Below are positions 27,945-37,700 of a stretch of DNA of 64,000 nt, in pieces. The stretch is from the NCBI GenBank assembly GCA_048886685.1, contig JBHLKM010000009.1, positions 96,001 to 160,000 on the forward strand. Reading direction: 5' to 3'. The translations under genes were made by a program, and so were the position numbers. Origin of the DNA: Candidatus Hodarchaeota archaeon. Its GTDB lineage: Archaea; Asgardarchaeota; Lokiarchaeia; Sigyniarchaeales; SOKP01. The notes under the pieces are model-generated. The model saw only the letters and a program-made list of their open reading frames with translations, ran no database searches and had not been told where the DNA came from. The first letter of the stretch is position 1. Every line of letters begins with the position of its first letter.

Positions 27945-29849
27945 ATGAGTCATATAAATTATCCACCTAAAGAAATTTATAATCCTCCCGTATTAGAGAA
28001 AAAAAATTTTGAGCTTATCATTCTTTGGATGCTATATAATAATGAAGAATGCGAGTGGGCTAATTTTACTCAAGAACCCCTTGAACTTCGGTTATCTACT
28101 CTCTCAAAATATCTTTCATTATTAAAGGGGAAGGGATATGCAGAGAATATTTCAAGAGGGCTTTATAAAATTACTTCAGAAGGCAAAAAGAGATATCTTG
28201 AATTATCACAGGCAAAGGAAAAAGAAAGAACTCTAAGCTATCCCCCTGCTATCATTACAAGAAGAAGAAATTATGATCATTGGATTCTTTGGATGGTTTA
28301 TAACAATAACTACTGCAAATGGTCGGATTTTATTGAAGAAAATTCACCTGTAAGAATTAATCAATCATCCTTATCTAAAAATATGAATATATTAATCGAT
28401 AAAGGATTTATAGAAAAAGAAGAGAAGAAATATAGAATCACCCGATCAGGTAAAGTGGAGTATTCTAGAGTATTACAAGAATATGATTTAGATAGACAAT
28501 CAATTTTGGAGGAAGAAAGTAAGCGAATTGAAGAGATTACAATGAAGACTATAAAATTTTTCAATAAATATGAAATTGAAAATAAGGACATACAATTTAG
28601 ATTACTCAACAATATGCTGAAATTGGATTATACCAGGGTTGAAGCAATGCTCACAGATGAACAAGATTTTAACAAAATCTTACTTTTTATCTCAATTAAT
28701 CATCCAAGTCAATATCCTAATTATATTTCTGTAGATGGTTTCTCGAAAATTTATGGAATTAAAGATTCAAAATTGGATTATTATGTTGATGAAATTATTG
28801 AAAATGAGATTTTTCCCGTTAAATTTTTTAAAATAATTGTACAACCAGATGTCCATTATTATTTCCAAGAGAATGAAAGATTAGAAATAATGCTTCGAGC
28901 AATCACAGAAGATCATATCACCAAATTCACATATTTAAATAAATTATTTTCGAGACCATTTGACATAAGAAGTACAGTGGATGATATATTAGAAGATATT
29001 TGTGAGGTATTATTTCACGAGGATTTAAAAGAATCCTTACACAAATTTTTACCAAAATATATTAATTATTTAGCCTATAAAATTGAAGCTAAAGTTGAGC
29101 TGAAAGAGACTTATGATAAATTAGAAGGAATTATTTGGCACAATATGATAGACATATTTGAAACAAGAAATATTGAAGAATTACAAGAAGATTACAGAGT
29201 AGAAATCAAGAAAATTGATAAAAAGATTGAGTCAAATCCAGAGGACCTTGATTTATATAACTTAAAGATAAGAATTTTGATTTATTACAATCAATTCGAT
29301 GAGGTACTGAGCTTATTAGATGAAATGTTAGAAATTTTCCCGAAAGATGAATTAGATGTAAAGATGAAAAAGGCATCTGTATTGAGAAGGATGCAAGATG
29401 TAAGTAAGGGTTTAGAAATAATTAATGAGTTAATTGAAAAATACCCTAAAAACAATGACCTTGTGAGTTATAAAGCTTATTGGCTTCAATATTTAGATCG
29501 AAAGGAAGAATCTCTCAGCATAATTCATGATCTTGTTGAACTTATTCCTGAAAATGGAATGTACCATGACACTTATGGAGAAATTCTAATGTATTTTGAG
29601 GAAAATGAAAAAGCTATAAATGAATTCCTTAAAGCGATAGAATTAGCGGGTGATGAATGGTATATTCATCAAACCTATATTAAGCTAGGAATCTGTTATA
29701 AAGAAGTTCAACAATTGGAACGTGCGCTTGAGTACCTAACTAAAGGGAAGAAATTAACAGAAAAGATTTCAATTGACGCCGAAACTAAACAAAAATGGAT
29801 CACAATTGCGAATCTCTTTCTTTTAGAATTAGAGCAATTAGAAGAATAA
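27945..29849 (+). CDS. Tandem winged-helix plus TPR-repeat protein, paralog of 24211
   Basis: Same repeated wHTH units, YDLDRQSILEEESKRI linker and TPR tail; about 200 aa fewer central TPRs. Confidence 0.8.
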   Translation: MSHINYPPKEIYNPPVLEKKNFELIILWMLYNNEECEWANFTQEPLELRLSTLSKYLSLLKGKGYAENISRGLYKITSEGKKRYLELSQAKEKERTLSYPPAIITRRRNYDHWILWMVYNNNYCKWSDFIEENSPVRINQSSLSKNMNILIDKGFIEKEEKKYRITRSGKVEYSRVLQEYDLDRQSILEEESKRIEEITMKTIKFFNKYEIENKDIQFRLLNNMLKLDYTRVEAMLTDEQDFNKILLFISINHPSQYPNYISVDGFSKIYGIKDSKLDYYVDEIIENEIFPVKFFKIIVQPDVHYYFQENERLEIMLRAITEDHITKFTYLNKLFSRPFDIRSTVDDILEDICEVLFHEDLKESLHKFLPKYINYLAYKIEAKVELKETYDKLEGIIWHNMIDIFETRNIEELQEDYRVEIKKIDKKIESNPEDLDLYNLKIRILIYYNQFDEVLSLLDEMLEIFPKDELDVKMKKASVLRRMQDVSKGLEIINELIEKYPKNNDLVSYKAYWLQYLDRKEESLSIIHDLVELIPENGMYHDTYGEILMYFEENEKAINEFLKAIELAGDEWYIHQTYIKLGICYKEVQQLERALEYLTKGKKLTEKISIDAETKQKWITIANLFLLELEQLEE

Positions 29850-29915
29850 AGCACAAGGATTTTTGGTAACTTAACAGTAAACTTATCAAAATAATATAAA
29901 AAAAGGATAGAGACC

Positions 29916-31706
29916 CTAACTTTTTTCTACTAATTGTTCTAACTCTTCGATTTTGTCAGATAGATAATTAATTCCTTTTTGCCAGAATGAAGCATCCTTT
30001 AAGTTGATACCAATTTCAGATAATATTTCTTCAGGTGTTAATGAACCTCCAACAGAAAGGAGTTTAATAAATTTTGGGACAAATTTTTCTTTTTGCTCAA
30101 GATATAATTGATATATTGAGATTACCAACAGATTAGACATGTTATATGCATACACATAGAAAGGTACTTGTAAAAAATGGTGCACAACAAAACAGTAATT
30201 GGCGTAATCTTCTCTAATGTTACTAATAGAGTTGCCAAACATTAATTCCATTTCTCTAACAAAAGTATCTTTAATTTCTTCTGTTGAGGGTAATTTCTCC
30301 TCCAGTAAATTATGAATACTTTTTTCAAACCTATAGAAAGCATTTTGTCTATGGGAAGTACTGAACTTTGATTCAATGAAATTACTTAACAAAGAAATCT
30401 TTTCTTCTCTCGATAAATTTGTATTCATTAAATGGTCAAAAATTAAAATTTCATTGAAAATTGAGGCAATTTCAGCCATAACCAAAGAAATTCCTATATT
30501 TATGAAGTTTTGATTTTTTAAATTATAATATGCGTGAAATGCATGGCCAAGTTCATGAGATAATGTTCTTAATGAATCGATTGTACCAGTAAAATTTACA
30601 AATACGAACGGATAATGCTTCAGTTTCCCATTGGAACAAAAGGCACCACGATTTTTTCCAATTCTGGGAGTGACATCAATATGATTAGATAAAACCATTC
30701 TTTCTATTATCTCTTTAAATTCTGGAAAAAATCTTTCATCAGCATCTTTAATAAGTTCTAAATTTTCCTTATAGGAATAATTTTTTGTTATTTGACCAAT
30801 CGGGACATAAATATCCGACATATGGAGTTCAGGGAGATTTAAGATTTTTTTCTTTAAGTTGTAATATTTCTCCACGATAGAATAACTTTTTGTGGTTACT
30901 TCTCCTAAAATTTCAACACTCTCATCACTAACTTCATTTTCGAGATTTCTTCGTGATATCGGTGTATTGAAATTCTTTTTTTTGCATTCTAAATCCCAGC
31001 TTTTCAAGGTATTATTAAAAGTATGAGTGAAAATCATTTCATACTCCTTATATTTGGAAACAATTGCACTTAAGGCTCTAAATCGAAGATCTTTATCCTG
31101 GTGGTACATAAAAGAAAAGACCTCTGCTTCAGTTAACTTCCTCATTTTTCCTTCTACTTCAAAATCGAAAATAAAACTGCTTTTTAATTCATTATAAAGT
31201 TTTATGAATGCTTTAGCACCTGTAATATCTTTCATTAAAACTATTTGTTCTTCTTCTTCCGAAAGTTGATGTTTTTTTTTCAATCTGTTAAATTTGAGAG
31301 CATGAGAATAATTGATAAGTTCTGGAGCATTTTTTAACTCGTTAAATTTGTGTTCTGAAATCAAATTCAATTCTAAATTAAAAAACAATAATTTTTCCTG
31401 AAATTTAGCTTTATAATCTTCTATCTTTGAGCGAAATGATTTTACATCATCATTTAATGAGTTAATTGAATATTCCAAACTTGAATAACGATCTAAGTAA
31501 TATATTTGTTCAGATATTTGTTCATATTCCTTATACCATTCTAATAATTGCTTTGGAGTAAGTAAAGGATCCCTTATCTTTCCTTTGACTTTCTTATAAA
31601 AATTTTCGACTGACTTTTCTAATTCTTTAAGATCCTTATCAATTGAAGGATCATCAATGCTTTCGTAGAAGTCGGTTAAATCCCATTTAATGATTTCTTC
31701 TGCCAT
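29916..31706 (-). CDS. pepF: Oligoendopeptidase F (M3B family)
   Basis: WDL..Y N-terminus, PRIGKNRGAFC, TLSHELGHAFH, AEIASIFNE, HF..PFYVYAY. Confidence 0.9.
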   Translation of the reverse strand: MAEEIIKWDLTDFYESIDDPSIDKDLKELEKSVENFYKKVKGKIRDPLLTPKQLLEWYKEYEQISEQIYYLDRYSSLEYSINSLNDDVKSFRSKIEDYKAKFQEKLLFFNLELNLISEHKFNELKNAPELINYSHALKFNRLKKKHQLSEEEEQIVLMKDITGAKAFIKLYNELKSSFIFDFEVEGKMRKLTEAEVFSFMYHQDKDLRFRALSAIVSKYKEYEMIFTHTFNNTLKSWDLECKKKNFNTPISRRNLENEVSDESVEILGEVTTKSYSIVEKYYNLKKKILNLPELHMSDIYVPIGQITKNYSYKENLELIKDADERFFPEFKEIIERMVLSNHIDVTPRIGKNRGAFCSNGKLKHYPFVFVNFTGTIDSLRTLSHELGHAFHAYYNLKNQNFINIGISLVMAEIASIFNEILIFDHLMNTNLSREEKISLLSNFIESKFSTSHRQNAFYRFEKSIHNLLEEKLPSTEEIKDTFVREMELMFGNSISNIREDYANYCFVVHHFLQVPFYVYAYNMSNLLVISIYQLYLEQKEKFVPKFIKLLSVGGSLTPEEILSEIGINLKDASFWQKGINYLSDKIEELEQLVEKS

Positions 31707-31860
31707 ATAACAGAAAATAAGAAATTATTATATGAAGTTTTCTAATTACTTACTGAATCCTACTCTCGAGCAATACTGAAATATTAAAAAAAATTATACT
31801 TTTTAATAAAACACTTGTTTATTTAATTAATAGCATAGTTATAATAATTAACTTTCATTA

Positions 31861-33351
31861 TTGCATTGTATGATCAAATCTGTCTTAATTGCAAATCGTG
31901 GAGAGATTGCAGTTAGGGTCATTCGAGCCTGCCGGTCAAAAGACATTCAATCAATTGCGGTTTTTTCTGACACAGACAAAAATTCTCTCCATGTAAAAAT
32001 GGCAGATGAGGCTTACAACTTAGGGAATGAATCGGTTCAGAGCACTTATCTTAACATTCCAAAGCTGATTGAAGTAATTGAACGATCTAAAGCTGACGCA
32101 GTTCACCCAGGATATGGTTTTTTAAGTGAAAATGCAGAATTTGTTAGAAGAGTTACTAACCTTGGCAAAATCTTTATTGGACCAAGCCCAAGTACCATTG
32201 ATTTCCTCGGTAATAAGATTAAAGCAAAAATACTTGCAAAAAAGGTCAATTTGCCTGTTTTACCTGGTTCAGAAGGATTTATTAATAGTTTAGATGAAGC
32301 TAAATCAGTAGCAGATGAGATTGGATATCCGATAATAATTAAGGCTGCTTTTGGAGGAGGTGGTCGAGGAATGGAAATTGTTGAATCTGAGGAAAATATG
32401 GGTACTGCGTTAGAGAGCTGCCAATCAATGGGATTAAAGTTTTTTGGAAGAAAAGAAGTTTTTATTGAAAAGTCAATTACAGCACCTCGCCATGTAGAAA
32501 TTCAATTTATAGGAGATAATTTTGGTAATGTTGTCCATTTAGGAGATCGGGAATGCACTATTCAACGATCTCACCAAAAGCTTATTGAGGAAGCCCCTTC
32601 CTTCTTAACAAGAGATGAAATTACCAATTTAGGTGAAAGAACTTGTTTTTTGGCTCGTGAATTAAATTACTCAAATGTTGGGACGGCAGAATTTCTTTGG
32701 AAGGATGGTAACATCTACTTTAATGAAGTAAATCCAAGAATCCAAGTGGAGCATGTCGTTACAGAAATGGTTACTGGAATAGATTTGGTTGAAGAACAAA
32801 TAAACATTGCTTCGAACAAACTATTAAACTTTACTCAAGAGGAGATTTCATTACATGGACATGCAATAGAGTATAGGATAAATGCTGAAGATCCCCATAA
32901 CTCATTCTTTCCTCAACATGGAAAAATAACAAATTTAATAATTCCGGGAGGCCCAAAAGTACGTTTTGATAGCTATTTATACCCTAATTACGTTGTCCCT
33001 CATGATTTTGATTCATTAATAGGAAAACTAGTCGTATGGGGAAGGAATCGTAAAAGAGCAATCAACCTTTCTAAACATGCTCTTAAAGAATTAGTTATCT
33101 CAGGAATAAAGACGAATTTAGATATGCATAAAGTAATAGTTGAGACTTATGAGTTTAAAAAAGGTGAATTATCAACTGATTTCTTAAACAAAACAAATAT
33201 TACTCATAATTTAAAAGATTTAGAGAGAAAGAAATTAGCAGCAGTATTTCAATTGGTTAAACAATTTAATTTTTCAATTCAACCTGAAAAAAAACATAAG
33301 AAAAAATCTAATAAATGGCGAGATATCGCAAAAATAGAGCAATTAAGTTAA
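31861..33351 (+). CDS. accC: Biotin carboxylase subunit of acetyl/propionyl-CoA carboxylase
   Basis: VLIANRGEIA, HPGYGFLSEN, GGGGRGM, RECTIQR.HQKL, EVNPRIQVEH. Confidence 0.93.
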   Translation: MHCMIKSVLIANRGEIAVRVIRACRSKDIQSIAVFSDTDKNSLHVKMADEAYNLGNESVQSTYLNIPKLIEVIERSKADAVHPGYGFLSENAEFVRRVTNLGKIFIGPSPSTIDFLGNKIKAKILAKKVNLPVLPGSEGFINSLDEAKSVADEIGYPIIIKAAFGGGGRGMEIVESEENMGTALESCQSMGLKFFGRKEVFIEKSITAPRHVEIQFIGDNFGNVVHLGDRECTIQRSHQKLIEEAPSFLTRDEITNLGERTCFLARELNYSNVGTAEFLWKDGNIYFNEVNPRIQVEHVVTEMVTGIDLVEEQINIASNKLLNFTQEEISLHGHAIEYRINAEDPHNSFFPQHGKITNLIIPGGPKVRFDSYLYPNYVVPHDFDSLIGKLVVWGRNRKRAINLSKHALKELVISGIKTNLDMHKVIVETYEFKKGELSTDFLNKTNITHNLKDLERKKLAAVFQLVKQFNFSIQPEKKHKKKSNKWRDIAKIEQLS

Positions 33352-33387
33352 AAAGAGAAAAAATACCTAATAAAGAGATTGTTATCA

Positions 33388-33903
33388 TTATAAAACAACA
33401 TAATTTTCTTTCCCTTTTACTGTGGATACACTTTCAATTTTAACTAGCGGTTGATCTTGACCAACATCATCTTCTACATTTACAAAGATTTGCATTATTT
33501 TTCCTTTAATTGGGGATAATATCCGATTTTTCATTTTCATTGCCTCTAATATCAACAATAATTGATCCTTTTCAACAAATTCTTGTTCTTCAATATGGAT
33601 TTCCAAAATCTTTCCAGGAATGGGAGCATTTACGGTTTCTTCTTTAACTTGTGGATTTTCATTGTTACTATCTAAAGATTTTAAATAAGGTTTAATTTCA
33701 ATATCGATTTCTTCACCCTCTAAATATAGTACTCCATTGATATATTCCAAATTAAACTGACAATCTTCAAATGTTACTCGAAATAAATTTTCTGTTTCCT
33801 GAATAACTAAAGGAGTATAGATGTGGTCATCAACTTTTATTTTTCCATCATCTATCGGTCGAACAACATAAGTTCTTCCTCGGAATTTTACTTTTTTCAG
33901 CAT
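33388..33903 (-). CDS. accB: Biotin carboxyl carrier protein
   Basis: APIPG...LEAMKM biotinyl-Lys motif. Confidence 0.9.
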   Translation of the reverse strand: MLKKVKFRGRTYVVRPIDDGKIKVDDHIYTPLVIQETENLFRVTFEDCQFNLEYINGVLYLEGEEIDIEIKPYLKSLDSNNENPQVKEETVNAPIPGKILEIHIEEQEFVEKDQLLLILEAMKMKNRILSPIKGKIMQIFVNVEDDVGQDQPLVKIESVSTVKGKENYVVL

Positions 33904-33916
33904 ACTTGTTATCTTT

Positions 33917-34720
33917 TTAACTTGTTCTTATTGTTTTTACTAGATGAGAATCAAAGAAATCAATAAGATTTTCACACATTTGTTGAAAATGATTTTCATC
34001 TGTAAAGTTATGGTTAGCTCCATCAATTATATCAATTTTTTTATTTTCAGATTGAACCTTATTGAAAAGTTGGTGAAAACCATGTTCTGGAAATAAGACA
34101 TCCTTATTACCAGCGATTAAATAAAATGGTTTTAATAACTTATCAGCTAATCTAACAGGATTATATTGTCTCGTTTGTTCAGCATACTTTATTTTAAGAT
34201 CGCCATCTGGAAATCGCATTTCTTTATTGCGCGTTAAAGCTTTTATGAAAAACTTAAACAAGGGATTTTTTGGTATAATTTCAGTATTAAAAACAGGGGA
34301 ACGTATCGCAAGACATTGAACTCTTTTATCTCTTACAGCATGGCAAAAAGCCATTGCACCTCCAAAACTTTCACCTAACAAGCCAATTCTAAGAGGATCT
34401 ATTTCGGGATGATAGACTAATTGATTTATCACTTGTTCAATATTAGCTTGAGCATCATAATAAGTAAATATCCCCGTACTACCTCTAACACCTTGATGAT
34501 CATAAGTAAAATATGCTATATTATTATTAACAAAATGACATGCAAATCTCAGTTCATCTTCTTTAGGTGATTTTCCTGGCATTCCATTAACACGTATTAC
34601 TAATGGGAAACAAGTGTTTTTAGAGTTTTCAGGCTCTATAATATCAGGTAAATACAGGATACTCTGTAGGATTTCAGTACGAACCTCAATTTCTATCATT
34701 TCCTTTCTCATTAGTATCAC
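33917..34720 (-). CDS. Alpha/beta-hydrolase, candidate thioesterase/release enzyme
   Basis: GESFGG nucleophile, AGNKD Asp, GANHNF His; overlaps the megasynthase stop codon. Confidence 0.8.
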   Translation of the reverse strand: MILMRKEMIEIEVRTEILQSILYLPDIIEPENSKNTCFPLVIRVNGMPGKSPKEDELRFACHFVNNNIAYFTYDHQGVRGSTGIFTYYDAQANIEQVINQLVYHPEIDPLRIGLLGESFGGAMAFCHAVRDKRVQCLAIRSPVFNTEIIPKNPLFKFFIKALTRNKEMRFPDGDLKIKYAEQTRQYNPVRLADKLLKPFYLIAGNKDVLFPEHGFHQLFNKVQSENKKIDIIDGANHNFTDENHFQQMCENLIDFFDSHLVKTIRTS

Positions 34721-37700
34721 TGGATTATTGGTTTGTTTTTAAAAGGTTTAATCTCACAGTACGAAAGAACATATTTTTCAGAAAATTCAACCCGTAATTG
34801 TAGATCTTTAAGATTTCTATTGATGTCTAACAAGTCATTTTTGGATTTTAAGGTAAATTTATTGTATTTTTTATTATATTTCAATTCAATGTCTCGGAAA
34901 TTAATATTAAAGCCTTCCCCTATTGCTTTTGAGAAGGCTTCTTTCGCTGTCCAGTAGATTGTTCCCAGATAGGCATCGTCTAAAATAGTTTTTCTTTCTG
35001 ATTCAGTAAATACCTCCTTATAGAATGATGGGGATCGGGATTCAATTATCTCTAAATCAATGCCAACCAAATTTTTACTTATCATTGCTACTGAAAAATC
35101 ATTGGAATGACTTATAGAAAGATTAAGTGGAATTATTTTATTCTCTTTGTTTGAGTAGTAATATGGCTTACCTTTTTCATCCTTTTGAATTTCAAAGTCA
35201 TGATATGAACCATCAACAGCAATAATCCTACGATAACATTCTTTTGCGGCAATAATGCCAGAAAAATATTCAATTTTTCTTTTTATATTCCTAAAGCGCT
35301 TTGAGTTTTCTATCTCTGTTTCAGTCAGATAAGTTTCAAAAAATTTCGGATTTATTTGATATAGATCTTTTAGTTTTGCAATAGGTAGAACTTGAATTTC
35401 GTTTTTAATTTTATTATTCTTTAGGTGGTAATACTCTTTTAAGGTAGTTAGATAATCAGAGAGGTTATTTGAGAGGTTTACTGTAATTTGTGCATGGATG
35501 ATTTCTAGGTTTTCAATTTTCGCTATAATTTCTTGATCTTCATCTAAAATTACCGAGTTATAATAAGATCTCTCCTCGTCTTTTTTTAAGAATTTAGCTA
35601 CTATGTATTTTGGTCTTTGGTTTGATTTTATTTGAATAGAGGAGGCTTTTGAGGGAAGAGAGAGATGGTTATTTATGATGTAATCAAATAACGCTGCGGT
35701 TTGAAATACACATTCCATGGATAAGGGTTCAAATTGAAAATGATCCTCTTCCTCATTATTAATAATAGGAACTGTTGGAAGATCGATCTTTGTTACTATT
35801 TTTCCTTTCTCTAATTGAATAACTTCTTCTAGAACTTGAAATTTCTTCCCATGAAAGAAAAGCTCATAAATTTCAGTTTTATCAAGTAAAGGAATTAATG
35901 GATTTAAAATTAGATCTTTTTCCCATCTCATTTCTTTTACTAAATCATCGAACTGAGCATCGAAATGGTTTTTTATTAGTGGTTTTCCTTTTAGAACTGT
36001 GGGAAAAGTCTTTGATTGAAGTGATATCTTATTATTGGATTTATTAAATGTTAGTTCTACTTCTACTGACTTACCTACTGAAATTTTCAGGGGCGTGTGA
36101 AAATTAATATTTGAAATAGAGGTTAACACCTTATCGAACACTCGATGGTAGAATTCTGCGAATGTTTCTAGAGCCATTACACCAGGAAATACAGGTTTTT
36201 TTTGAATTTGATGATCAAGAAGATATGTGTCGAATTCAGAATTTATGGTGTTAAAACCAATTATATATTCAGATTGATAATTTATTTTTTCTAACATAGG
36301 ATATTCTTTTTTATCAATAACTTCCTCAATATCAAGCATTTCCTCAAAGATCCCTAACTTCCCCGCAATTATATATTCCCCAGTGAAGTTGTTTAATACT
36401 AAATTGGTAAATATCTTTATACCAGTTATTGAAGGAACAGGTGAAACTCCTGCTTGAGTAAGGATTTGTAAAGTGGAACCTTGAGTAGCCATACCAATAT
36501 CTGCCCAAGCTGTCCAATCAAAAGTTAAAAATGGGATATTGCGTTGGTTGAATTCCCAAGCCATACGCGATAAATACGCATTAGCAAATGCATAATCAAT
36601 TTGACCCTGATTCCCATAACGTCCAGCAATTGAGGAAAAAGTTACAAAATATTTGACGTCTTGAATCTTTATATATTTGAGAATTTTTGAAAACCCTCCA
36701 ACTTTAACATCAACAATTTTATGAGCCATATTTAAATTTTTCTTCAAGAAACTTTTTGATTCTTCTATCCCAGCACCATGGATAACAACTGTTATCTGAT
36801 TTTTAGTTTCTTCATTAATTGTTTGGAAGATGTTCTTCATTTTTTCATCATTAGTAACGTCTACTGCATAATATTGAACTGAAAGACCTTTTTTCTTCAA
36901 ATTTTCGATATTACGAAGAGTATCTAATTTGTCGAGGAATTTCTTCCATTCTCTGTTAATCATAACAGGAGTTACTTTCTCTAGTGTAGATTTCAATGAC
37001 TTAACCAATTCTTCCTTTTTCTCACTCAACATGTCCGGGGTGTATTGTAAATATTCTAAAAATGAATCATCGTACGGGCTTAATCCTAAAAGAATTAGTT
37101 GTGGTTTAGTATGGTTTGTTAATTCATCAATACAAGCAAAAGTTATTCCTTGTGCTCCTCCTGTAACCAATAATACATCTTCTTCTGTTATCGAAGAATA
37201 ATTCAATTTTGGGAGCTTTTCTACTTTTTTTCTTAATAATGTATAACGTACATTTTCCCTGTAGGCTATTTCCTCAAGTTTATCCCAACTCAAGAACTCT
37301 TGAGTAATCTGTCCTAAATTCATTGAAGAAATAAGCTTGATCGGAATCTGAAATTCGCGATTGATTGTTTTTATAAAAGCACCTATACTAGAAGCAAGGG
37401 GATTAGCTCCTTGTTTCCAACCGAAAGTAGTATCTGGAGAAATAACTAAGATTTTTTCTAATATTGATAAATTTAAAGATTGAAAAATGAGAAAAAGACT
37501 GTCGAAAATGTTTAAACTATCATTAATGGTATATTGACTATTATCTGGAATAACCAATATGAGTATCTTGAAATCTATATCAAATGGAAATTCACTATTA
37601 TTATTATTTAGATCTTTAACTAAATTTTCATTAACATCAACATTGAAAATTTGAACATTTAATCCAAAATTTTCAAAATCTTTGCTTAAGTTTTTGTAAT

